A program made the translations under genes and the position numbers. Under the pieces are notes generated by a model. That model did no database searches. It saw only the letters and a program-made list of their open reading frames with translations, and had not been told where the DNA came from. A DNA stretch of 64,000 bases from Mayamaea pseudoterrestris (lineage: Eukaryota), in NCBI GenBank assembly GCA_027923505.1, contig BROI01000003.1:930001-994000 (forward strand). Reading direction: 5' to 3'. This document shows, piece after piece, positions 46,234 to 55,674 of this stretch; position 1 is the first letter of the stretch, and each line of letters begins with the position of its first letter.

Positions 46234-46754
46234 TGTGGTACTGTAGGATATATCTGGAGATGCTTCACAACATTAATACTGCTGCTGCTACATTGATGAC
46301 ATCATAGTTTTGGTGCATTACTCACTACCTGTGTTCCATATACCGGTAGACTAAAATTGTTGGCACCATCCCATTAAATGGTTGCATGAAGGCCAGTGTC
46401 GTTCTTACTGTGTCTACTGTTTGATAGTGTTTGTGCGGTTGGAGCGTGCGAAAGTCTTTGCAGGCTTTACTGTATGAAACCACTGTTTCTACCACCTCCC
46501 CGCCCCACGAATGTGTTCAACAGTATATTTCGAGCATTCCGGCACTACACTAACTGAAGTACGAATATGATGTATGTATATCAAGGCACAACAACGTCGT
46601 AGCGGTACTTCGACGACAACAACATCACAACGCGACGAGAAAGCGCTTCACTCTTGAACCCGCCAATTATATTGGTCATAGCAATGATCAGCACACGCCT
46701 TGTGACTGGGCGTGAGACAATATAGGCTCTGCATGTTGAAGACGGAAGTGTGAT

Positions 46755-47888
46755 ATGTCGAGTGATCGTATGCAGGCTATACCAGTTTCACTAGGCAAGC
46801 CGAGCTTTCGCCGACGCATCGAAGACTACTATTCCATTGTAGCTCCAGATCAGCTTCAAAATGACTGGAATACGCGATTTCGACAGATATGGGACATCTA
46901 CGGAGGAAGTCACGAAAAAGAAGGAAAACTGAGAGCGAATTTGGACAAGAAATATGGCACGACGGTCCGTTTCCTGACCGTCGCATCAAAGGAGAAATGC
47001 AACAGGATCGGAAATTCTTCGCAAGACGATTTCCAGCACCGACAATTCACAGAAGAGAGCTTTCAGCTAGCCGATAATCAACGTGGCAGTGGTGTCTTGG
47101 ACTGCTTATCCGTCAACTTCGATCCAGCAGCGTTCCTTGGCGCTCCTCTGGATGACGTTTACGAGGCATGTCGCTGGCTTGAAACGTCTAATAAAAGAAT
47201 GGATCATGTTGAAATGATCCGTCCATACCTTCCAAAGTCAGATCCAATGTTCATTCCACGTCCATTGGGGCGAAGGCGGGTGCTGCCGCCGGCTGTCGCG
47301 GCCAAACCAAAGCCTATACATGCTTTTGTCAGCCTCGCAAACCCACTTAAGAATGGACCCTTTTCTATCCTTTACAATAGCATGCTAAACCAAGTTCGCA
47401 TAAGAGTGGTTGTAAGTTATGTTGATTGCATCCGTGGTACCCTCACTGGGTTTATCACTGGATTCGACAAGTTTTTGAATATGATTTTGCGTGATGTTGA
47501 AGAAGTTTATTCTCCTCGACGCGTGGGCGCTGGTGACAGAACCAAATTGGAACTGGAAATGGAGCGTCGGCTGAGCGGCGCTTTTAACTGCAATGTCGCA
47601 GGGCAATGGATGCTTCGACACCGTAGATTGGGGCAAATGATGGTGCGTGGCGAAACGGTCGTCTCTGTTTACCAAGCGGACCATGAAAAGTCGACGTGGC
47701 CGGTTACTTCTAAGTCTCCTGACTGTTCACTTTATAGACATTCTGCGAAGAAAAATATACCGCCAGAGGAGCGTATCGGCACGCCTGGGTCGCTATTGCA
47801 CGCATCACAAAAAGTGGCGTGTGAGCCCCCAAGGATGGACGATGCAAGACTTGTGGCACAGCTCCGCAACTCGTGCTCTATAAGGTAA
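46755..47888 (+). CDS. LSM11: LSM11-like Sm-fold protein
   Basis: Split Sm fold (IRGTLTGFITGFDKFLNMILRDVEEVY ... RRLGQMMVRGETVV) preceded by LDCLSVNFDPAAFLGAP and GPFSIL, resembling LSM11-specific N-terminal motifs. Confidence 0.7.
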   Translation: MSSDRMQAIPVSLGKPSFRRRIEDYYSIVAPDQLQNDWNTRFRQIWDIYGGSHEKEGKLRANLDKKYGTTVRFLTVASKEKCNRIGNSSQDDFQHRQFTEESFQLADNQRGSGVLDCLSVNFDPAAFLGAPLDDVYEACRWLETSNKRMDHVEMIRPYLPKSDPMFIPRPLGRRRVLPPAVAAKPKPIHAFVSLANPLKNGPFSILYNSMLNQVRIRVVVSYVDCIRGTLTGFITGFDKFLNMILRDVEEVYSPRRVGAGDRTKLELEMERRLSGAFNCNVAGQWMLRHRRLGQMMVRGETVVSVYQADHEKSTWPVTSKSPDCSLYRHSAKKNIPPEERIGTPGSLLHASQKVACEPPRMDDARLVAQLRNSCSIR

Positions 47889-48027
47889 CATACCAAATTG
47901 GCGTTAGTTGTAAGCGTGTAAATTGCTAATCCATGAGTTATCTTTTACTTCATTGGTAATTACATCAATTGCTTTAAACACCTTTCCAAAAGGAAGGGCG
48001 ATGAGGCGAAGGCCCGTCTTGAATGCA

Positions 48028-49551
48028 TCAATGATCCGATCGACACGATGCCACAAGTACCGCCAGAGCAGTAACAATTCCAACAACCAAGCAGCTTCGA
48101 AACCAAAGTCGTTGCGTGGATTTGATAGGTTTGGTCTTCCCGGGAAATCGATCGTGAAACTTGCCAGAAACACAAACATTCCTCCAGAAAAGCTCCACCT
48201 CTTCTGTTGCTCGTGTGACACCATCTTCAGATCGAAGCTTGTCTCCCAATTCAAAGGCTCGCTTGATCATCTCAAAATCGCAAGCGCACCTGACTATTGC
48301 ATCACCGAGCTCATCACTCGTCACTTTTTGAAACTGCTTGTCAAATCCAACACCAACCCCAGACTTCCTCAAGAAATAGCTGAAGTCCCATTGATCTGCA
48401 AAGACTGGCGTAATTATCGACGGTACACCGGCACGCAGAGCAGCAGTCGTTGTGCCTGCTCCGCCGTGATGAACAATTACCCGCACACGTGGAAACAGCC
48501 ACTCGTGCGGCGCCTGCTGGACAAATAATATATTCTTCTTGGCGTATTCCAAAACGACGGGCTCAACGTCGCTCCACTCGAGAAGTTCCATAGATAGGCC
48601 CGCAAAACCACCAAGAACAATGGCACGGTAGCCAGATCGGAAAGCTGCTCGGGCACAATACTTTACCATAAAGTCCGATGAGCGGCATATCATGCTTCCC
48701 CATCCAAGATAAACGGGCTTTTCACCACCATCCATAAACCCCTGTAGCCTTTTAAAATCTTGCTGGCCACCAAACCGGTCAATCTTTTCAAGTTGCAACT
48801 CTCGCTTGATAATGGTTGATCCCACGATACGAGTCAGAGGATGGGCCAGCTTTTCGGAGCCGCCACCAAGGATATTAGCTATCTCGAAAGAAGTGAGGAT
48901 TACTATTGGGAACTCGGGCTTCCGCATGTTCGCCATGAAGGAAGCTAATGGATACTTTTCGAGAATGTCAGCATTCAAGCACTTGTCGTACGCCCGATAA
49001 TTTTCAAAAATGGCGCTAATCAAGACGTTATGAAACAGATAGTAGCTCAAGCCAAACGGGAGTTTCGGTATGCCAAAAGGCGGTTGTTCTGGGTTGAAGA
49101 TTACAGCAATCGTTGACAGGAAAAGATATGGAACCTTGTGACGAATGGCGAGATACCAACCAAAATATTGGCTAAGAGGCATGGTCAAACAAAGGTCAGG
49201 TTGTCCCTCGTTTTCAATCTCCTTTACGAATGCATCGCAATAAGCAGGGACCACCTTCTGAGATTCCTTGTTCATTCCTTTGAAGAATGTCATGATGCTG
49301 CCTGTCATCATTGCCTCCATCATCTGTGGACTTGATTTCATGAGCGCATCGACATCCCGTTCGCCCATGGCGACCCCTTTGCATCCAAACGACTCCGCAA
49401 ACGAGACGAACGACCGCCCATTGCAGAAAAATGTTACTTTATAGCCTTTCTCGACTAGCCCATGGGCAACGGCAACGTATGGTTGAATATCGCCGCGGGA
49501 TCCGAGCGCAAAGACCCAGATTTTCTTGAGTTCCGTCGGGTTACTCGTCAT
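48028..49551 (-). CDS. Sterol 3-beta-glucosyltransferase-like (GT1/GT28-N) with C-terminal TM
   Basis: GSRGDIQPY, YLGWGSM, APHEWLFPR, VHHGGAGTT, PVFADQ. Confidence 0.85.
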   Translation of the reverse strand: MTSNPTELKKIWVFALGSRGDIQPYVAVAHGLVEKGYKVTFFCNGRSFVSFAESFGCKGVAMGERDVDALMKSSPQMMEAMMTGSIMTFFKGMNKESQKVVPAYCDAFVKEIENEGQPDLCLTMPLSQYFGWYLAIRHKVPYLFLSTIAVIFNPEQPPFGIPKLPFGLSYYLFHNVLISAIFENYRAYDKCLNADILEKYPLASFMANMRKPEFPIVILTSFEIANILGGGSEKLAHPLTRIVGSTIIKRELQLEKIDRFGGQQDFKRLQGFMDGGEKPVYLGWGSMICRSSDFMVKYCARAAFRSGYRAIVLGGFAGLSMELLEWSDVEPVVLEYAKKNILFVQQAPHEWLFPRVRVIVHHGGAGTTTAALRAGVPSIITPVFADQWDFSYFLRKSGVGVGFDKQFQKVTSDELGDAIVRCACDFEMIKRAFELGDKLRSEDGVTRATEEVELFWRNVCVSGKFHDRFPGKTKPIKSTQRLWFRSCLVVGIVTALAVLVASCRSDH

Positions 49552-49877
49552 GCTCAATGGCTGGCTGTATCGTGAGATTTTGAGATGTGAGCTGAATGAC
49601 CGTTTCTGTCGCAAGATATACCGCTATTAAACTTTAGAGCCTTCTAATCTGACCACTCCGTATGTGAGCTACACCCTCTTTTTTCGTTCAAGGGGATTGC
49701 ACATACGCCTTCGCTGCCGTGGAAGGATAGCTCGGCGAGGATGTTGTGATGTTTCCATTTCCAATCGATCCCGTCGGAAACAGTCGCACCGGTTCTTCTA
49801 AATGACGCAACAGATCACGCGTCGACGTGCATTTCCGACCATGGCGGCTGTCAGTATTGTTGGCACCACTTTCAGCC

Positions 49878-52800
49878 ATGTCTGGCGCGAGTACCAGTAC
49901 AGCGATTGAATGGGACGAAGCGACGGTGAATGCATCGGATCTATACTGGAGTGGCTTGGAGGCTTTCGTTGAGCGCACGAATGAGGGCAAATCGACCTTG
50001 ACGTATTCATCCACAATTTACTTGATAGCGACGTTCGCGCAAATACTCCAAGACAAGATAATCAAAAGGCTACAAAGTGAAAAAGCTAGCAATCAACTAG
50101 CTTGTGATGAAAGACTGTGTGTGCCGGTGGCTGTGGCCATTCCAGAAGGCTTCTATTTGCCACTCGCCATTGCAGCCGTTCATTCGCTGAATCGAGCCAT
50201 TGCATTTGATGACGAAGGCAGTAGCTTCCACGTTGTATTGGTACCTCTTGATCCATCCGATGCACCAAAACGAGTGCAAAGCATGGTGATTGATGCTAGA
50301 CCGCTTTTTATCTTGACGGCTGCGCCTTGTGATTACGACCGACTGCAAAATGCCATTGCGCAGTCGGACAATGAAACTGACATAAGTGAGGCTCCATCTC
50401 CTCTTTACCGAGCGAGAAACGTCATGCTTTTAAACATTGCAAGCATTTTGGCGGGTGTCAGCGTTCCAGAAAAACAGGCCGTGGCTGCTATAGACCAACT
50501 GTTGCGCAAGACGTCTGGATCGCTCATGGCCACGATTTGGGAATGTGGACGAATCTTGAACAATATATCGACGAACTCTACTCTGCTCGACGACGATGTC
50601 AATATTATATCACATCTTTGCTTCACATCTGGTACTACCGGCGCTCCCAAGGGTTGCATCAGCTCTCGCGACTCGCTGCGTAATTATTTGAACGCGAAGA
50701 ATCGCTATCATGAAGATGATCACACGTCACGAGTCTTGCTCGCAAGCAGCATCTCATTTGACCCATGCCTTTCAGATATACTCGCAACCTTTTCTAACCG
50801 AGCGACTTTGGTCATTGCTCGCCGAGAATCATTGGTGCAAAACCTCATTTCCATTTTGCAGACGATGCATGTCACCCATTGCCTATGCACACCAACCTTG
50901 TGGAGTACCACGCTGTTAGCCCACGATTTTACATCTGAACAGTTACACGAGAGGGTTTCAAACTTGCAATGTGTTGCGCTAGGAGGTGAAGCAATTTCTG
51001 CAAAGCTACTCCGCGCGTGGGTCAAACCGAAATTGAAGAGTGACTTTTGCTTGTGCGCAACCTATGGCGTGACAGAAGCTTGTGTCTACCAAACGTTTGG
51101 CGCAATTGACAATGATGACTGCAGCACAAGTGTTGGTGCCCCTTTTGACGGTATGGGCGTTCGTATCTGCGACGAGGCAAATCAAGATCAACTTGTCGAT
51201 GTTAAATCTTGGTTGCCGCCAGAAAATCCAGTTCACGGCGAAGTTGTGCTGTTCGGCAATCAACTTGACAGACATTCCTCATACTTGTGTCGGCACGACT
51301 TATCGGCAAAGAAGTTTGTTTGCGATGGCAATGTCTATTATTACCGGACGGGCGACAGAGGGTTTATACACCCCGAAACGAACAATCTGCACATTTTGGG
51401 AAGGATTGCAGGAGAAAGTGGCATGGTGAAAATCAATGGTATAAGGATCGAGCTGTCTGAGATTGAGACTGCTATCGTCGACCAGAAAGATGCTAACTGC
51501 GTCGCCATTGATTGTATGGCTGTCGCCGAGCAATTGCATGGCGAGACGACGAGCGCCTCAGCTGTTGTGTGCTACGTTGTGTTGAGCGCTGCCTGCTTGA
51601 CGCAACTGGGGTTGGACAGAGCGCTTCCAGACAGTGGTGATATCTGTTCTTCTGGTCCGCTTCTTACTTTACTACGTGAAAGATGCAAGAATGCAGTTAA
51701 GATTATGCCATCCTCCTTCATCATTCTACCGAGAATTCCACTGTCGCCAACTGGCAAGCGCGATAGGCTAGGGGCTTCAAAGAAGATAGAATGGATCTCG
51801 CTCAGCTCTCTGATTTTGAGTGAAAAGAATTTGGTTTTGTTAGAGAAGCATGGCAGGTTAGGACAGCTTCTCTCTGACCTCATTGTAGATTGCTTAAATC
51901 TCCAGCCCGTCCAAAAGTCAATGTTAACAATTCACGCAACATTTGGAATGGCTGGTGGTGATTCACTGGCGGCCACTCGGGTCACGCGAACGCTCTATGC
52001 GCTGCACCACAATGTTCCCAACTCGCGTTACATTGGCGGAGAGTTCGGTGTTCTCGATGGGCCTTTCGCGGCTAGGCATTTGATTGCTGCCAAGGACCTT
52101 GGAAGCTACGTGGACTGGCTGGAGAGTAATGATGTCTGCCTGGGCGATGCGAAACGCTTTGATGTATTACAGGGAGGTGCTTACGGAGACAAGGCTGGAG
52201 TCCTTGACAAAGATCAAGATGTTATTGCGCGCGACGAAGGCGAGGAGTTGTATGGAGCTTTGTTCGAGTCAGCAACTCAAGGGTATACCAATATTGGCCT
52301 AGCTCTGCTTGATGTTGGTGCTGACCCATCGCTGGGGGCGCATGGTGGAAGACTGGGTAAGGTCGGTTCTCGCTTAATGCGCAAACAGGTTTTTCGCTCC
52401 AGTCCAATGCACCTGGCATGTGTGCGGGGCGATTCTCTTTTGATCCTTGGTTTGATCGAGAAAGGAGCCGCAATTAACAGTCCTGATGCCTCTGGTCTCT
52501 TTCCCTTGCATCTGCTGGCTTCAGGCGAACCAGGGAACTACAGTAAGGTGGATGACTTGAGAAGAATCGACTGCGCGAAGGCTCTCTTGGATGCGGGCGC
52601 TCCTCTTTCAATGAAAGACGGCCAAAAGCAGACAGTCATTCACGTTGCAGCGCGATCAGGTCGACGTGAATTTCTTGATCATATTTTAAAGCAATGGACT
52701 GAGATATATCTGGAAGTGGACGAACGCAAGGCGGATAGTTTGGACTGGCGAGACTCTTTCAACCGGACAGCAGTCCACTGGGCCGTTTTAAATGGTCATG

Positions 52801-52979
52801 TAGAAACGCTGAGTATATTGCTACGAATGGGTTGCAAGCCCGACCCTGCGAAGCTGAAACATGCAAAATCATCTAGTTTGACCCTCGAGACGCCAGAGGA
52901 AATGTGCTGTCGTCTGTACGAAAAAGAAGCTGCTGTCGGCAAACAAATTTTCAGCTTACTAAAGAAATATAGTCTGTAA
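49878..52979 (+). CDS. NRPS-like protein: adenylation domain - thiolation (PCP) - ankyrin repeats
   Basis: FTSGTTGAPKG, SFDP, GGE, YGVTE, YRTGD, VKINGIRIELSEIE, PLSPTGK; GGDSLAA; ankyrin motifs SPMHLAC, FPLHLLA, TVIHVAA, TAVHWAV. Confidence 0.88.
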   Translation: MSGASTSTAIEWDEATVNASDLYWSGLEAFVERTNEGKSTLTYSSTIYLIATFAQILQDKIIKRLQSEKASNQLACDERLCVPVAVAIPEGFYLPLAIAAVHSLNRAIAFDDEGSSFHVVLVPLDPSDAPKRVQSMVIDARPLFILTAAPCDYDRLQNAIAQSDNETDISEAPSPLYRARNVMLLNIASILAGVSVPEKQAVAAIDQLLRKTSGSLMATIWECGRILNNISTNSTLLDDDVNIISHLCFTSGTTGAPKGCISSRDSLRNYLNAKNRYHEDDHTSRVLLASSISFDPCLSDILATFSNRATLVIARRESLVQNLISILQTMHVTHCLCTPTLWSTTLLAHDFTSEQLHERVSNLQCVALGGEAISAKLLRAWVKPKLKSDFCLCATYGVTEACVYQTFGAIDNDDCSTSVGAPFDGMGVRICDEANQDQLVDVKSWLPPENPVHGEVVLFGNQLDRHSSYLCRHDLSAKKFVCDGNVYYYRTGDRGFIHPETNNLHILGRIAGESGMVKINGIRIELSEIETAIVDQKDANCVAIDCMAVAEQLHGETTSASAVVCYVVLSAACLTQLGLDRALPDSGDICSSGPLLTLLRERCKNAVKIMPSSFIILPRIPLSPTGKRDRLGASKKIEWISLSSLILSEKNLVLLEKHGRLGQLLSDLIVDCLNLQPVQKSMLTIHATFGMAGGDSLAATRVTRTLYALHHNVPNSRYIGGEFGVLDGPFAARHLIAAKDLGSYVDWLESNDVCLGDAKRFDVLQGGAYGDKAGVLDKDQDVIARDEGEELYGALFESATQGYTNIGLALLDVGADPSLGAHGGRLGKVGSRLMRKQVFRSSPMHLACVRGDSLLILGLIEKGAAINSPDASGLFPLHLLASGEPGNYSKVDDLRRIDCAKALLDAGAPLSMKDGQKQTVIHVAARSGRREFLDHILKQWTEIYLEVDERKADSLDWRDSFNRTAVHWAVLNGHVETLSILLRMGCKPDPAKLKHAKSSSLTLETPEEMCCRLYEKEAAVGKQIFSLLKKYSL

Positions 52980-53263
52980 GCAACTAACGGTTTATAAACA
53001 AGGAATGAATACCTGGTTACCGGGAGCATTTCCAGTGAAAAGTCCTTTGCTATACGAGTATCGTACGGATACCCTGTGAAGAACCAGTGCGACACAAATG
53101 TGTTGACGAGCTTGAATCGTCGCATCCGTACAGTACCGGGAAATTTTACCATGGCAGAAACCCTCATATCAGGAATTGTTTTGGTGATGATAGCCGCAAC
53201 TGTTACTAATTCGATACTGTAAATAAGCTTTTGAACTACGCGACAAACAGCTATAAATTCATT

Positions 53264-55489
53264 ATGTATCCGACGGAGCAGCCAAGCGCCAAGTGCGACC
53301 TCATCTCTCGCCGGCTGCCAGTCAACGAATCATTGAAGGAATTTTTTGGGTTCGACTCCGCAGCCTCTCTCTTTCAAGCACTGAAACAACCTCTTCCTTC
53401 GGATTTGAAGCTGTTGTCAACCCTGTACATTTATCCGTCGGATGCACCGTCGCCTCCCATGAGTCGCTCGCTCGCAGTCATTGGCGTTGCGGATGTTTCG
53501 CTCAAAGTGGTTCGACAATTGATAGGCGAGGCTATCGACGAAGAGAATACACAGTTACCAGCGTGTTTAACAAAATCGACCGTGGCTGTTCGACGGGCTG
53601 ATGGTGCGCACAAAAATGACATGGAGGAACGACACTTGCAAAACTCGACTGTCTTTTCCAAATTCATGCGACGTCTTGCGAGCGAAGGAGTTGTTGCGAT
53701 TATTGCGCCCGACAAATTTGGTCGATTTGGTATATTGTCGCCGTCATCACGCCTGATGGCTGACGATGCTAGTACTTCTAGTCATGATTACTACGCCCGT
53801 GTATATCTTGGAAGAGTTGATACAGTCAAGGAGTACTTGACTCAAGGAGAAGAGCCTCAAACTCCGCCTTTCACCGCGCAGGACGACAGCGCTTCGTCGA
53901 GCGGACTGTGGGCGCCACCTGGAGCATCATCCTTAGCTGACGATTCTGCAAACGGGCTCTGGCAGCCGCCGACGACTGATGACGCTGGAAATGGACTTTG
54001 GCAGCCGCCTGGCGCATCCGGCGCAGCAATGAACTATGATTTTGGAGATGCTGCCGCTGCAACGTTTCCTTCAGATACAACAACAAGCGACGTCAGCAAC
54101 AAACGAAAACTTGAAGACTTTCATGGCGACTCGGGAGCCGCTGCTGCCGATGCGTTCTATTCGTCGTTGACCCGGACGCTAGAAACACGAGCAGATTCTC
54201 GCATCTACCACCTGCGAGCTTACAATGGATGGGTAAAGGCGACGCAGATTCAAGAATTGAATCCAAAGACAAAGAACAATCGTGATGGCCCTCTTCGCAT
54301 ATTGGATTTGGCTTGTGGCAAGGGTGGTGATTTGGGGAAGTGGACTTTGCATCAACGAGGCGTGCGCAACTACGTTGGAAGCGATGTAGCCCGAGGGTCA
54401 CTCAAGGATGCTGCCATTCGCGCCCGACGGATGCGAGGCAAGCTCAAACAATGTACCTTTACCTGTGCCGACCTTGGAGCTGACGTGCCTGGGCGATTAA
54501 AGGGACTAAATCACAAGTACATGCAAAAACTACTGACTTGGTCGCTCCAAAATGAATCGGCGGGTAAAAAGTCAGATCCTATCTTTCAAATGGTGCGAGG
54601 CGGAGGCATATCCTTAGACGATCACTTTGACGTGGTCTCGATCCAGTTTGCAATTCACTATATGATGTCGTCGAAGCAGCGGGCCCGACGTTTCTTTCAA
54701 ACAGTCAGTGAGCTTCTCGATGTAGGCGGCAATTTGATCGTGACCACGATTGATGCACGTCGAGTCGTATGGCATCTGATGAACATGGGAATCGACCTAC
54801 ATTTTGATGATGTTTCCAACCATGATGAAGGCGACGTTGTAATTAGCGTTGGGAACGGCGCATGCAAGCTGCGCTTTCAACGCCAGGTCGTCAGGCGCAT
54901 ATTCACGGCAGACACCAACGACCCAACAGGGGATGACATGTTTGGCTTAGAGTACTCATTTACGCTGGTGGAAGGCGATGATCATTCGCACGGTGTCGGC
55001 GATGCTGTAAACCTTCCTGAGTGGCTAACTCCAATACCTGTCCTTGTTGCGCTGGCCAGTGAAGCTGGCCTTGAGCTTGAGTCAGCTGAAAATTTTCACG
55101 AGTTCTTCCATGCACGAAGCAATCCGCTGGTAAACGTCGCTGCCCATAGCAGTATGTACAGTATGAAAGCCTTGAATAGGAACGGAACCATCGCCTCTGA
55201 TGAATGGGAGATAAGTGGCATGTATGTCGCTGTCAAATTTCGCAAAGTACGAGATTCGACGATGCAGGTGGAAGAAAGCGACGAAGACGAGACTGACGAC
55301 GAAGACGAGAGGGGAGCACCGGAAGCTCCGCGCGATATTGATCCCAAATTGAAAATAAAACTCATGCCAATAGCCTTGATGAAAGCGAAGAAAACGGTCG
55401 GCGCCGATGTCTGGCAATCCCTTGCCAGTGACGAGAAGAGCCGCCTGACTGAAATTGAGTTGGCGAAGCTTGCATCTGCATCGCCGTAG
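53264..55489 (+). CDS. RNMT: mRNA cap guanine-N7 methyltransferase with N-terminal extension
   Basis: SRIYHLRAYNGWVK, ILDLACGKGGDLGKW, FDVVSIQFAIHY, FGLEYSFTL, LPEWL. Confidence 0.9.
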   Translation: MYPTEQPSAKCDLISRRLPVNESLKEFFGFDSAASLFQALKQPLPSDLKLLSTLYIYPSDAPSPPMSRSLAVIGVADVSLKVVRQLIGEAIDEENTQLPACLTKSTVAVRRADGAHKNDMEERHLQNSTVFSKFMRRLASEGVVAIIAPDKFGRFGILSPSSRLMADDASTSSHDYYARVYLGRVDTVKEYLTQGEEPQTPPFTAQDDSASSSGLWAPPGASSLADDSANGLWQPPTTDDAGNGLWQPPGASGAAMNYDFGDAAAATFPSDTTTSDVSNKRKLEDFHGDSGAAAADAFYSSLTRTLETRADSRIYHLRAYNGWVKATQIQELNPKTKNNRDGPLRILDLACGKGGDLGKWTLHQRGVRNYVGSDVARGSLKDAAIRARRMRGKLKQCTFTCADLGADVPGRLKGLNHKYMQKLLTWSLQNESAGKKSDPIFQMVRGGGISLDDHFDVVSIQFAIHYMMSSKQRARRFFQTVSELLDVGGNLIVTTIDARRVVWHLMNMGIDLHFDDVSNHDEGDVVISVGNGACKLRFQRQVVRRIFTADTNDPTGDDMFGLEYSFTLVEGDDHSHGVGDAVNLPEWLTPIPVLVALASEAGLELESAENFHEFFHARSNPLVNVAAHSSMYSMKALNRNGTIASDEWEISGMYVAVKFRKVRDSTMQVEESDEDETDDEDERGAPEAPRDIDPKLKIKLMPIALMKAKKTVGADVWQSLASDEKSRLTEIELAKLASASP

Positions 55490-55674
55490 CCTGGCTTTTC
55501 AACTATAAAACTGGACTCTCCTGCCCAGACATTACGGCAGCCCTATCTTCACATTTCCTGTCTACCGATCAATTGCAGACACATGAATCGGCAATCGAGT
55601 GATTCGTGGTATTAGTAAATTTGATTGTATTATATAATCCATTCACTTATGTTTACGGTAGATCGTTAAATATG

